Below are positions 18,547-28,387 of a stretch of 64,000 nucleotides of DNA, in pieces. The DNA lies in assembly GCA_963676795.2 (NCBI GenBank), contig CAXXTB010000001.1, positions 1,152,001 through 1,216,000 of the forward strand, in the 5' to 3' direction. Position numbers and translations under genes: made by a program. This stretch comes from Geopsychrobacteraceae bacterium (GTDB lineage: Bacteria; Desulfobacterota; Desulfuromonadia; Desulfuromonadales; Geopsychrobacteraceae). Below the pieces are notes generated by a model. That model was not told the origin of the DNA, searched no databases, and worked only from the letters and a program-made list of their open reading frames with translations. Position 1 is the stretch's first letter; each line of letters starts with the position of its first letter.

Positions 18547-19758
18547 CTACTTATTGTCTTCCTCAACCGCCTCATAGATATGATCGAGAATATCCGGAAT
18601 TGCACTCTGGACGCGGTTCCATGTCGGCATGTTCGGGGTTTCCATCGGGAAGTTCAGGTAGGCGTCACCGGCGCGCATGATGTTTTCCGCGAACAGCTCA
18701 ACCGCCTTCTCCTCCTTGTGCCTGTCGATCTTCAGTCCGTTGATCGTCGCATCGTTGTAGTAGCGTTCGACAAAATCGAGAGCGGTGCGGAAATAGGTCG
18801 CTTTTAAGGTCCGGAAACTTTCCGGTGAAAAGATATTTCCCTGGATCGCCAGCTTGCGGATGACCGCCTTGATGATATCGGTACTCATGCGCGACAACCC
18901 GCACTGTGGGTCATCCTGGGAGAGATCCTGGTGCTTGTGGTCATAGACGTCGGCGATGTCGACCTGGCAGATACGGCTGGTCGCGTAGTTGCGATGCATC
19001 TCGGAGATGACACCGATCTCAAGCCCCCAGTCGCTGGGGATGCGCAGGTCGGTGAGCACCTCGGTGCGCATCGAGAATTCGCCGGCCAGGGCATAGCGGA
19101 AGCTGTTGAGGTAATCGAGATAATCGGAATAACCCACCAGCTTTTGCAGCGAATGGATCAGTGGTGTGACCAGCAGGCGGCAGACCCGGCCATTGAGGCT
19201 GCCCCCGGCGATGCGCGAATAGTAGCCTTTGCAGAACTGGTAATTGAAGGCCGGGTTGGCGACCGGGTAGATCAGCCGGGCCAGCAGTTCGCGCGAATAA
19301 GTGACGATGTCGCAGTCATGCAGGGCGACGGCACGGCTGCGCCCCGAGGCCAGGACATAGCCGAAGCAGTACCAGACGTTGCTCCCCTTGCCGCGCTCGG
19401 TCGGGGCCAGTCCTTCGGCGGCTAGCATCTCGTTGATCTTGCGCAGACGCGGACCGTCGTTCCAGAGAATCCGGTAGGTCTGTGGCAGGCGGCTGAAGTA
19501 TTCCTTGGCGTATTCGAACTGCTTTTCATCTGCACGGTCGAGGCCGATGACGATCTCGCGCAGGTAGCTGGCGTGCTTCAGATCATCGAGGATCGGCCCC
19601 AACGCCGGACCTTCCAGTTCGGAGAAGAGCGACGGCAGAACCAGGCTCATCGGTCGGCGCGTCGAAAAGCGCTCAAGATCGACTTCCAATTGCTTGAGAG
19701 GGCGATCGGTCAGGTTGTGCAGGGTGGTTATGACACCATTCTGGAAAAAATCAGCCAT
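18547..19758 (-). CDS. gpgS: Glucosyl-3-phosphoglycerate synthase-type glycosyltransferase
   Basis: MADFFQNG start, GKGSNVW, HDCDI, FCKGYYSR, RYALAGEF, DWGLEIG, YDHKHQ; adjacent to a GPG/MPG phosphatase. Confidence 0.8.
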   Translation of the reverse strand: MADFFQNGVITTLHNLTDRPLKQLEVDLERFSTRRPMSLVLPSLFSELEGPALGPILDDLKHASYLREIVIGLDRADEKQFEYAKEYFSRLPQTYRILWNDGPRLRKINEMLAAEGLAPTERGKGSNVWYCFGYVLASGRSRAVALHDCDIVTYSRELLARLIYPVANPAFNYQFCKGYYSRIAGGSLNGRVCRLLVTPLIHSLQKLVGYSDYLDYLNSFRYALAGEFSMRTEVLTDLRIPSDWGLEIGVISEMHRNYATSRICQVDIADVYDHKHQDLSQDDPQCGLSRMSTDIIKAVIRKLAIQGNIFSPESFRTLKATYFRTALDFVERYYNDATINGLKIDRHKEEKAVELFAENIMRAGDAYLNFPMETPNMPTWNRVQSAIPDILDHIYEAVEEDNK

Positions 19759-20563
19759 TGCGGGCTCCTTTCTCAGAGAACATCTTCAAGAGTGAAAGTA
19801 TTGCTTTATTCCAGCCAGCCGGACCCGGAGCGGGGGCTGTTATCATCTTGCGTGCTTGCGGATGTGCAGCGTGACCGCTGAGAGCCGGGATGACGATGGC
19901 GATATCCGCAGCTTCCATCATGCTTTCATCGTTCGGACCATCGCCGAGAGCGACCGTTGTCCAACTACTGGCCGGATGCTGTTCCAGGTACCAGGAGCGC
20001 AGCCATGTCAGGGCCGTGCCCTTGTCGGCTCCGCTGTCGAGGACATGGTAAAAACGTCCTCCGCGTAACAGCCTGAGCTTATGGCGTGCAAGCTTGTGGG
20101 CGAAGCGTTCCAGGGCCTGAGTGCTGTCCTGCCATTGCAGCGGTTCGCTGCACAGCCGTTGTTTCGCCAGCCTGGCGTTTTCAAGCGTCAGGCCGGTTGC
20201 CGCGGCAACCTCTGCGGCGCTCATATCGCTGAAACCGGTGAAGTCGAACTGTTCTTCCTGTCTGATGCTGTGCACCAGAGAAGTCAGTTCCTGGTAGCTC
20301 CTGCCAAAATAAAAGGCACCACGGGTCGGATCGTCCGCCTGCGGATCGATAACGATCGCCGCACCATTTTCCACGATGCAGGGGGTATCGAGTTCCAGTT
20401 CTGCGTGCAGCTTGGTAACTTCCGCCGCTGTTTTACTGGTGCACAAAATTAACGGTATAGAGAGGCTCTTCAGCTGATCCAGGGCCGGTAGCGCCGGTTC
20501 CCAGCTGTAGCTGTGATGATCAAGCAGTGTTCCGTCCAGGTCACTGAAGATGAGCAGGTTCAT
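19751..20563 (-). CDS. Glucosyl/mannosyl-3-phosphoglycerate phosphatase (HAD IIB)
   Basis: FSDLDGTLLD, CTSKTAAE, GGRFYH, ALGDGPND, GPAGWN. Confidence 0.9.
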   Translation of the reverse strand: MNLLIFSDLDGTLLDHHSYSWEPALPALDQLKSLSIPLILCTSKTAAEVTKLHAELELDTPCIVENGAAIVIDPQADDPTRGAFYFGRSYQELTSLVHSIRQEEQFDFTGFSDMSAAEVAAATGLTLENARLAKQRLCSEPLQWQDSTQALERFAHKLARHKLRLLRGGRFYHVLDSGADKGTALTWLRSWYLEQHPASSWTTVALGDGPNDESMMEAADIAIVIPALSGHAAHPQARKMITAPAPGPAGWNKAILSLLKMFSEKGARNG

Positions 20564-20616
20564 AACGACTCTCTCTCCTGTTGTTGGAAATCGATAGGCT
20601 ATAAACACTTGATGAG

Positions 20617-20632
20617 TGCAAGGCAGGTGCCA
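20617..20632 (-). promoter_or_regulatory. sigma54 promoter of the phosphatase-gpgS operon
   Basis: Perfect consensus TGGCAC-CTGCC-TTGCA on the minus strand, about 55 bp upstream of the ATG. Confidence 0.85.
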
Positions 20633-20674
20633 GTTTGAAAATTATTTGCTGGCTGTGTTGAGTGATTGGTCAAT

Positions 20675-20720
20675 AAAACCAAAACGGCCACCCTGAGGAG
20701 GAGTGGCCGTTTTGGTTTTT
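20675..20720. terminator. Intrinsic terminator (bidirectional-type)
   Basis: AAAACCAAAACGGCCAC...GTGGCCGTTTTGGTTTT hairpin. Confidence 0.75.
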
Positions 20721-20929
20721 CTCTATCAGAATAAACAGGTTCTTGGGGGAGGAGGACCGGCGTATGCTGTTCAGGAGTAAAGACGCCGGACCTATCAAAA
20801 CCTGTGAACGAATCGGGTCAGTCGTATCTCATTGATAGTTTCTTTACTCTGGCATTTTGCGCTTTATGGCTGCCTGCACGAAAGTCACATAAAGACCACA
20901 AAAACTGGGCTGATCTTTCTGCTCCTGGT

Positions 20930-21031
20930 TTAGATGTATTGTACAAAGGTGCCGTAGCTGACAACCATAATGACGGCAACAACAGCAAGAACAGAGACCA
21001 TGGATGCTATGTTAGATGCGAATGCTTTCAT
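20930..21031 (-). CDS. Small hydrophobic peptide (33 aa) MKAFASNIASMVSVLAVVAVIMVVSYGTFVQYI
   Basis: Strong RBS AAAGGAGAA; one TM-length hydrophobic stretch. Confidence 0.65.
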   Translation of the reverse strand: MKAFASNIASMVSVLAVVAVIMVVSYGTFVQYI

Positions 21032-21225
21032 ATCGATTTCTCCTTTGTTTCTAATAGGGAAACAGTGTTGTTTTATATGTAAGTCACTATAGGCCTGTTT
21101 GCATGTCAATGACAATACTAAATTTCTATAATGTCAACCCGTTTCCACTATGTGCAATTGCACAGTGGCCATTTGTCCTATTTCGCGACCCGGTTGATGT
21201 TCTTCTGTTGTTGCGCTGAATAATT

Positions 21226-21315
21226 TTAGGCAACACTGGCAATGAGAGCGAGCGTAGCGACAATCAATAAGGCCAGAGCTGGTGCTGTTCCCGCAAAATG
21301 ATTAAATCCTTTCAT
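21226..21315 (-). CDS. Small hydrophobic peptide (29 aa) MKGFNHFAGTAPALALLIVATLALIASVA
   Basis: Manual translation; RBS AAAGGAGAA; below the ORF-track cutoff. Confidence 0.65.
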   Translation of the reverse strand: MKGFNHFAGTAPALALLIVATLALIASVA

Positions 21316-21378
21316 GGTCTTTCTCCTTTATCCAAGTTGTAATGTTGTTATGTCTGTTGTCCGCTTACCATTAGGCTA

Positions 21379-21480
21379 TCAGTTGATCCAGGTGCTTAAT
21401 ATGCCAACCTCGAGCAAGGCAAAGATGCCTGGAAAAACCAGAGTGGAAACTGTGCCTGCGAAAAATTGTTGAACGGTCAT
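21379..21480 (-). CDS. Small hydrophobic peptide (33 aa) MTVQQFFAGTVSTLVFPGIFALLEVGILSTWIN
   Basis: Manual translation; RBS GGAG; shares FAGT with its neighbour. Confidence 0.55.
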   Translation of the reverse strand: MTVQQFFAGTVSTLVFPGIFALLEVGILSTWIN

Positions 21481-21682
21481 GATTGACTCCGAATGTATTG
21501 CTTTTAGTGAAACGGTGTTGCCTTATATGGTTGTAAGATAACCGCCTTGGTAATCAAAGGAAAATATTTTGTTTCTATATGAACTATAGGGATTATTTAT
21601 AAAGATGATCTCTGGTTTGTTGCAGCTTGGAGGAGGGAGCGAACGGCTGGCTTCGCCGCCAGCCGTCGAGTTACTTTGCTGT

Positions 21683-22207
21683 TCAGCGCGTCAGGTCGCT
21701 GAAGTTGAGGATAGATTCGATATCGCTACGCTCGGATTTGTTGATGATGACCGCTTTGCCGATCAGCACGGCCTGTGCCTGAGAGATGATTTCTTCAATG
21801 GCCTTGAGGGTTGAGCCCTTGGCGAAGAAGTCGTCGACAAAGAGAATTCTGTTCCCTTTTTGCAGAACCTCTCGGGAGACGTAGAGGGTTGTTGATTCCT
21901 CCTTGGTAAAGGAAAAACTGGCTGCCGCATAGAAAGTCTGCATGGTCAGCGGCTTCTTCTTTTTGGCATAGATAAACGGCAGGTTCAATTCCCCGGCAAT
22001 CGCCTGGGCCAGCATGATCCCGCTGGTTTCCGCAGTGAGGATCTTGTCGATCTGACAGGTGGCAAAGCGGTTGGCCAGATCTTTGCCGAGTGCGTTGATC
22101 AGCCTGGTATCGACCATATGGTTGAGGAAGCGATCGACCTTGATCACCTCGCCGTTCACGGCGCCTTCTGCCTTGATCCGTTCCAGTAAAAGCTGTGCTG
22201 CTGTCAT
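21683..22207 (-). CDS. xpt: Xanthine phosphoribosyltransferase
   Basis: IKVDRFLNHMVD, TAETSGI, VDDFFAKG PRPP motif. Confidence 0.88.
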   Translation of the reverse strand: MTAAQLLLERIKAEGAVNGEVIKVDRFLNHMVDTRLINALGKDLANRFATCQIDKILTAETSGIMLAQAIAGELNLPFIYAKKKKPLTMQTFYAAASFSFTKEESTTLYVSREVLQKGNRILFVDDFFAKGSTLKAIEEIISQAQAVLIGKAVIINKSERSDIESILNFSDLTR

Positions 22208-23124
22208 TTACGATCCTCCCGGTCATAGGGAATTCCCAGGCTTTCCGGTTGCTGGCTGGCCCCCTTCTGCTGACGCAGGGTGGCGATAACCAGGACCAGT
22301 ATGGTGAAAATATAGGGGAGCATTTGCAGGATATGGGCGCTGATCGTCGTGCCCATCGCTTGAAAACGCAGTTGCAGTGCGGTGATGCCGCCGAACAGGT
22401 AGGCGCCGATCAGGGCGCGCGGGCTCGACCAGCGGGCGAAGATGACCAGCGCGACGGCGATCCAGCCGCGTCCTGCGACCATGTTTTCGATCCACATCGG
22501 GGTCATTGCCAGGCTCAGGTATGCGCCGCCGATGCCGGAGATGCCGGAGCCGATGGCCACCGCCAAAAAGCGGAACCTTGTCACCGGGATGCCGCAGGTA
22601 TCAGCGGCACCCGGGTTCTCGCCGACGGTGCGCAATGAGAGTCCCCAGCGCATGCGGTAGAAAAACAGCGAGATGGCGACAACCAGGATGAAGCTGAGGT
22701 AGATCAGCAGGTCCTGGTTGAAGAACGGTTTGCCGATGCCGGGGATGGCAGACAGGCCGGGAATCGCCAAGCGCTGGAAGCCGCTGATGGTCTGGCCGAC
22801 CATCGGCTTGCCGAACAGTGCGGTGATGCCGATACCGAACATGGTCAGGGCCAGGCCGCTGACGATCTGGTTGCCGCGCAGCTGAACCGAGATGAAGCCA
22901 TGTACGGCTCCGGCGATGAAGCAGGCGACAAAGGCTGCACAGACACCGAACAGCAGCGAGCCGCTGTAGTAGGTAGCGCTGAAGCCGGAGAGGGCGCCGA
23001 TCAGCATCAGGCCTTCCATCCCCAGGTTATAGACACCGGAACGCTCGTTGAGGATACAGCCGAGGGTGGCGAAGAGGATCGGGGTGCCGGCCCTGACCGT
23101 GGCATCGAGCAGGATCTCAATCAT
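22204..23124 (-). CDS. Nucleoside/purine ABC transporter permease
   Basis: ERSGVYNLGMEG, GENP.AAD, GRGWIAVALV, MLPY. Confidence 0.92.
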   Translation of the reverse strand: MIEILLDATVRAGTPILFATLGCILNERSGVYNLGMEGLMLIGALSGFSATYYSGSLLFGVCAAFVACFIAGAVHGFISVQLRGNQIVSGLALTMFGIGITALFGKPMVGQTISGFQRLAIPGLSAIPGIGKPFFNQDLLIYLSFILVVAISLFFYRMRWGLSLRTVGENPGAADTCGIPVTRFRFLAVAIGSGISGIGGAYLSLAMTPMWIENMVAGRGWIAVALVIFARWSSPRALIGAYLFGGITALQLRFQAMGTTISAHILQMLPYIFTILVLVIATLRQQKGASQQPESLGIPYDREDRK

Positions 23125-24187
23125 GGGCGGCTCCTTTGATCAGGCGAGGCCGGTAGATGATGAAGAAGTCGGAGGCCAGCAGGAAAAACAGGATCAGCCC
23201 CTGGAAGGCATAGACAAAGGCAACCGGCAGCTGCCAGAAAATCTGCAGGCTGTCGCCACCGACCAGCAGCACCCCCATCAGGAAGGAAACGATGACCACC
23301 CCGATAGCGCTGCGCTTGGCCAGCCAGGCAATGATGATCGCCGTATAGCCGTAGCCGGGGGAGAGCCCGTTCTGCAGGCGGTACTGCAGTCCGGCGACTT
23401 CACTGAAGCCGGCCAGTCCGGCGACCGCGCCGCTTAGGAACAGGACGATGAAAATGGCCGTCGCGGTCTTCATCCCGGCGTACTGGGCGGCTTTCGGGTT
23501 GCTGCCGATGACCTTGATCTGATAGCCCCAGACGGTGCGTTCCATGAACAGGTAGATGGCGATGGCGCAGACCAGGGCGAGGATAAAGCCGCTGTGCAGC
23601 CGGGTATCGAAATAGAAAGCCAGCCGGGCGGAGTCACTGAACTGAGCGGTCAGCGGAAAGTTGAAGCCTTTGGGGTCTTTCCAGGGACCATAGATCAGGT
23701 AGTCGGCGAAAAAGATGGCGATATAGTTCATCAACAGGGTGACGATAACCTCGTTGACCTGCCAGCGCGCCCGCAGAAAACCGGCAACGCCGCCCCATAG
23801 TCCGCCGCAGCAGAAGGCCGCGGCAAACATCGCAAGGAGCATCAGCCAGTGATTGTTGATCCCTGAAAAGAGCGCGATGCCGGTTGCACCGATCGCTCCC
23901 ATGTAGAGTTGTCCTTCGGCACCGATGTTCCAGATCTGCATGCGGAAGGCGATACTGACCGCCAGCCCGGTGAAGATCAACGGGGTGGTCTTGACCAGCG
24001 TCTCGGAGATGCCGTAGACGGAACCTAAGGAGCTGAAGATGATCTCCTTATACGCCGCCAGTGGGTTGACGCCGCCGAAATAGAGCAGAAAGCCGGCGAT
24101 GAACAGCGCGACCAGAATCGAGATCAGCGGGGCGCTGAAGCGGAACAGGGGCGTTGAGATTTCACGTCGTTCGATGACCAGTTTCAT
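23117..24187 (-). CDS. Nucleoside/purine ABC transporter permease
   Basis: WNIGAEGQ, NEVIVTLLMNY, GYGYTAIIIA. Confidence 0.92.
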   Translation of the reverse strand: MKLVIERREISTPLFRFSAPLISILVALFIAGFLLYFGGVNPLAAYKEIIFSSLGSVYGISETLVKTTPLIFTGLAVSIAFRMQIWNIGAEGQLYMGAIGATGIALFSGINNHWLMLLAMFAAAFCCGGLWGGVAGFLRARWQVNEVIVTLLMNYIAIFFADYLIYGPWKDPKGFNFPLTAQFSDSARLAFYFDTRLHSGFILALVCAIAIYLFMERTVWGYQIKVIGSNPKAAQYAGMKTATAIFIVLFLSGAVAGLAGFSEVAGLQYRLQNGLSPGYGYTAIIIAWLAKRSAIGVVIVSFLMGVLLVGGDSLQIFWQLPVAFVYAFQGLILFFLLASDFFIIYRPRLIKGAAHD

Positions 24188-25707
24188 CCCTGACCTCCTG
24201 CTTCGCCACTCATCATCAGACCGATCTCCTCGCGCGATGCACTGCGTGGGTCGGCATAGCCGACCAGTCGACCGCGGAACATGACCGCAATCCGGTCGCT
24301 CAGTTTGTACAGCTCATCGAGATCTTCGGCAATCAGGATGGTGCTCATGCCCCGGTCGGCGCCGTCGGCGATCACCTTGTGGACATACTCTGCGCTGCCG
24401 ATATCGAGGCCACGTGTCGGGTAGAGGGCGACCAATACCCTGGGATCCTCCGACAGCTCGCGGGCGATGATAACCTTCTGGATATTGCCACCGGAGAGGT
24501 AGCGTACCGGTGTGCCGTCCGGGCCACTCTTGATGGCGAACTGGCTGATCTTGTTTCTGGCGTTCTGCCTGATCGCTTTCCGGTCCTGGAAGATCCAGCG
24601 GCGGAATTCGCCGTTTTTGAAGCTCTTGAGAATCAGGTTTTCGTCAACGCTCATGTCGGGGGCAATGCCGACCGCCTTGCGGTCTTCCGGGATATGGGCG
24701 ATGCCGGCGATATAGGAATGACGCGCATTGCTGCGGGTAATGTCCCGTTCTCCGGCAAAGATCCGTCCCTGGCTGGGATCCTTGAGCCCAGTCAGGACTT
24801 CGGCCAGGGCTTTCTGGCCGTTGCCGGCGACACCGGCGATACCGAGGATTTCCCCCTTCTTGAGCTGCAGATCGAAGGCGTCGAGATCGGACAGGCCGCG
24901 TTCATTGCGGACCGAGAGGCCTCTGATGTCGAGAATGATCTCATCCGACATCTGCAGGTTTTTCTGCCACTCGGGAATCTTGTCCTGGCCGATCATCAGG
25001 CTGGCCAGCTTGTTCTCGTCGAAGCTGCCGCGCTCCAGGGTGTCGACGCTGCAGCCTTTCTTGAGGATTGTCACCCGGTCGGAGATCTCCATGACTTCGC
25101 GCATCTTGTGCGAGATGAAGATGATACTTTTCCCCTGGTCGCGCAGCTTTTTCAGCACCGCGAACAGCCGGTCGGTCTCCTGCGGGGTCAGTACCGCAGT
25201 CGGCTCATCGAGAATCAGCAGCCGGCAGTCGCGCAGCAGCAGCTTGATCAGTTCGATCCACTGCTGGGCACCGATCGAGAGCTGCCAGACCGGTGTGTCA
25301 AGGTCGAGGTCGAGATTGAACTCGTCGATCAGGGCCTGGATCTTGTGGCGATAGCGGCGGCGCTTGAACAGGTTCGGGACATCCGGGAGGGCAATCAGGA
25401 TATTCTCAAACACCGAATGGGCCGGGACCAGCATGAAGTGCTGGTGAACCATGCCGATGGCGCAGGCCAGGGAGTCTTTCGGGCTGGTGAAATGAACCGG
25501 CTTCCCATCGATGCTGATCTGACCGCGGTCGGGGTGATAGAGCCCGGTCAGGATGTTCATCAGGGTGCTTTTCCCCGCGCCGTTTTCGCCGAGCAGGGTA
25601 TGGATTTCCCCGGCGCTGACGCTGAACGACACATCATCGAGGGCAACGACCCCGGGAAAGGTCTTGCGAATATTTTTTAACTGGAGAAGATCCGCCATAA
25701 GTTCCAT
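24184..25707 (-). CDS. Nucleoside ABC transporter ATP-binding protein (double ABC domain)
   Basis: GENGAGKST, LDEPTAVL, LSGGNIQK; start uncertain by a few codons. Confidence 0.93.
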   Translation of the reverse strand: MELMADLLQLKNIRKTFPGVVALDDVSFSVSAGEIHTLLGENGAGKSTLMNILTGLYHPDRGQISIDGKPVHFTSPKDSLACAIGMVHQHFMLVPAHSVFENILIALPDVPNLFKRRRYRHKIQALIDEFNLDLDLDTPVWQLSIGAQQWIELIKLLLRDCRLLILDEPTAVLTPQETDRLFAVLKKLRDQGKSIIFISHKMREVMEISDRVTILKKGCSVDTLERGSFDENKLASLMIGQDKIPEWQKNLQMSDEIILDIRGLSVRNERGLSDLDAFDLQLKKGEILGIAGVAGNGQKALAEVLTGLKDPSQGRIFAGERDITRSNARHSYIAGIAHIPEDRKAVGIAPDMSVDENLILKSFKNGEFRRWIFQDRKAIRQNARNKISQFAIKSGPDGTPVRYLSGGNIQKVIIARELSEDPRVLVALYPTRGLDIGSAEYVHKVIADGADRGMSTILIAEDLDELYKLSDRIAVMFRGRLVGYADPRSASREEIGLMMSGEAGGQG

Positions 25708-25755
25708 AAAAAGGGGCACGCCGGTATCCAGACGTGCCCCTTACTTCCATTGGAT

Positions 25756-26832
25756 TTAATTCGGAATGGTGCCCTTAACGCCTTCGACAAAGTAGCTCAT
25801 GCCAAGCAGGTCGCCATCGCTCGGGATCTGACCGGCGGCGACAACAACCTTGCCGCTCTGATCCTTGAGCGGACCGGCGAACGGATGGAGTGTACCGGCT
25901 TTGATCGCTGCGGTTTTTTCAGCAACGAGGGTGCGGACATCGGCCGGGACCTTGTCACTGTAGTCGGCCAGTTTGACCAGCCCTTCTTTCATGCCCCACC
26001 AGAGCTGCTCGGACTTCCAGGTGCCCTCATGGACTTCCTTGGCGATCTTGGTATAGAAGGAACCCCAGTTCCAGATCGGAGCGGTCAAGAAGGCGTTGGG
26101 GGCGAAGCTGCGCATGTCGGTATCGTAGCCGATGACATAGGCGCCGCGTGCTTCTGCGGCCTGCAGGGTGGCCGGAGCATCCTGGTGCATGGTCAGGACA
26201 TCGGCACCGACGTCAAGCAGGCTGTCGGCGGCATCCCGCTCGGTACCCGGGTTGAACCAGGTCTGGGTCCAGACGACGCGCACTTCGGCGTCAGGGTTGA
26301 CGCTTTTGACCCCCAGGGTAAAGGCGTTGATGCCGCGGATAACTTCTGGGATCGGGAAGGCGGCAACGTAGCCGATGATGTTCTTCTTGGTCATCTTGCC
26401 GGCGACGATCCCGGACAGGTAGCGTGGTTCATACATGCGGCCGAAGTAGGTGCCGACATTGTCAGCGGACTTGTAGCCGGAGCAGTGCATGAAGACGACC
26501 TTCGGGTTGCGCTTGGCAACATCGATGGTGGCATCCATGTAGCCGAAGCTGGTGGTGAAAATCAGGTTGTGGCCGCGCTGCACCAGCCCGTTGATGACCC
26601 GGGCCGATTCCGCACCTTCCGGAACCGATTCAATATAGGTCGATGGCTTGACGTAAGGGAGCTTTTCCATCTCCTTGCGCCCCTGGTCGTGAGCGTAGGT
26701 CCAACCGGCGTCTCCGACGGGGCCGACATAGATGAACCCGGCTTTGATTTCTTTGACCGGTTCAGCGGCCAGGGCAGTTCCGCACATGCAGACAGCCAGG
26801 ACGAACAGCAGAAAAAGAGCGGTTTTTTTCAT
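25756..26832 (-). CDS. BMP-family ABC substrate-binding protein (purine nucleoside type)
   Basis: FIYVGPVGDAGWTYAHDQGR, TTSFGY, PIPEVIRGINAF. Confidence 0.92.
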   Translation of the reverse strand: MKKTALFLLFVLAVCMCGTALAAEPVKEIKAGFIYVGPVGDAGWTYAHDQGRKEMEKLPYVKPSTYIESVPEGAESARVINGLVQRGHNLIFTTSFGYMDATIDVAKRNPKVVFMHCSGYKSADNVGTYFGRMYEPRYLSGIVAGKMTKKNIIGYVAAFPIPEVIRGINAFTLGVKSVNPDAEVRVVWTQTWFNPGTERDAADSLLDVGADVLTMHQDAPATLQAAEARGAYVIGYDTDMRSFAPNAFLTAPIWNWGSFYTKIAKEVHEGTWKSEQLWWGMKEGLVKLADYSDKVPADVRTLVAEKTAAIKAGTLHPFAGPLKDQSGKVVVAAGQIPSDGDLLGMSYFVEGVKGTIPN

Positions 26833-26914
26833 CGGTTTCTACCTTTCTTGAGCGCGGTAATAGGTTTAGAGCAACATTATCTAGACAACTTTCCGTGGCC
26901 TGTCAAGCCGTTGG

Positions 26915-28210
26915 TCAAAGCTTGCTGTCGATGTTGTTTTTCAGCCAGCTGGCGTCCCACCATTCTACCGGTTGGACAGCAACGCCGTTGACGAAGACGC
27001 CCAGGTGGAGATGGTCGCCGCCTGCCATTCCGGTGGCGCCGCTGCGGCCGATGATTTGCCCTTTGCTGACCGTATCCCCGGTCTGTACCGAGAGCTGGCT
27101 CATGTGAGCATAGAGGGTCTGCAGGCCGAGGCCGTGATCGATGACGACACACATACCGTAGATCCCGAGGTAGTCGGCAAACAGGACGACACCGTTATTG
27201 CCTGCCTCGATTTCCGCCTGGGCGACGGACGCCAGGTCGTAGCCAAGGTGGTAGGTTTCGTCGATCTTTTTGCCTTCGTAGTAATAGGTCCGGTGATCGG
27301 CGAACAGCGCCAGGGTTGCAGCTTTCGGCTGACGGACGAAGGCGCCGTCCCAGAGCGGAGCATGGGCTGTCTGCTTGCTCAGCTCGGCCATCTTGGTCCG
27401 GTTCTGTTTTCTGATCTCGCCGTTGACATAAAGGAACATCTCCAGTGGAGTTGTGGCATTCGGAACCAGGGTCTCGAACTCGGGCATTTTCTGGTCAAGA
27501 AAGGACTTGGAGATATTGATGCTGCGATCACGGAAGCTTTTGTAGTTGGCGCGATAGTAGATCCCGGCCTGGCGCTCATTGCCGGCCAGGTCTTTAGCGA
27601 CCACGCGGGGAACGAAGTCCTGTTCTTTGACATAGTAGGGGTAGGTGAAAAGGCAGGCGTAGTTGCCTGAGTCCTGCTGGTAGGCCGGAAAGAAAAGGTC
27701 GCCGAACTGGACCCCGGCCCTGCTGACCTCTTCATTGAGGCTGAAGGTCACCAGGCCGCTGCCGCCCCGGGTGAAATTGTGCGCTTTGCTCAGGATCGAG
27801 ATGATCGGCGCACGGGTATCGTAGGTCAGGCTGTAGAGCTGGGTGTTGATATTGCCCTTGCCGAAATGGTAGATGGCCCGGTCGGAAGAGACGATTTCGA
27901 TCTGCAGGCCGCCATCGGCCAGTTGCAGGGCGCTTAAGTCGAGGTCGATGTCGATCGAAGCCGTTTGTTCAGGGAAATCCCTGACCAGTAACGATCTTTT
28001 GCTGCTCCCCTGCAGGACGTTGACCTGGACATTTTTCAGACCTATGCCCTCATCCGCGAGGGAAAGCAGCAACTTGGTTTTTGCCGAGACCGGTCCGTTG
28101 CCCGGGGTCAGGCTGATCTGCGGAGGGGCCGTATCGCGGAAGTAGAGGACTCCACCAGCAATGATGGCGATGATGATAAGGAAAACGACGACTTTTTTAA
28201 GAGATTTCAC
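26915..28210 (-). CDS. M23 family metallopeptidase
   Basis: HLGYDLAS, DHGLGLQTLYAH, GDHLH; N-terminal TM anchor. Confidence 0.9.
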   Translation of the reverse strand: MKSLKKVVVFLIIIAIIAGGVLYFRDTAPPQISLTPGNGPVSAKTKLLLSLADEGIGLKNVQVNVLQGSSKRSLLVRDFPEQTASIDIDLDLSALQLADGGLQIEIVSSDRAIYHFGKGNINTQLYSLTYDTRAPIISILSKAHNFTRGGSGLVTFSLNEEVSRAGVQFGDLFFPAYQQDSGNYACLFTYPYYVKEQDFVPRVVAKDLAGNERQAGIYYRANYKSFRDRSINISKSFLDQKMPEFETLVPNATTPLEMFLYVNGEIRKQNRTKMAELSKQTAHAPLWDGAFVRQPKAATLALFADHRTYYYEGKKIDETYHLGYDLASVAQAEIEAGNNGVVLFADYLGIYGMCVVIDHGLGLQTLYAHMSQLSVQTGDTVSKGQIIGRSGATGMAGGDHLHLGVFVNGVAVQPVEWWDASWLKNNIDSKL

Positions 28211-28387
28211 AGGTACAACCTTTCAGAACGTTTTTGAATTTTCATTTAAGAAATACAGGCGAATCTGACATCAGAACGACTCGGGGCAGCTTTTTGCTGC
28301 CCCGAATAAATTTTTGTGCAGGAATTGTTCATCTTCTCTCCGGGCTTGTCAAGTTTTCTACCGCCCGGCTGTTGCGATCCGTGCTTT

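Noticed and set aside
24379..26991. Long plus-strand ORFs (433 aa and 413 aa)
   Set aside because: They are antisense to clear ABC transporter genes.
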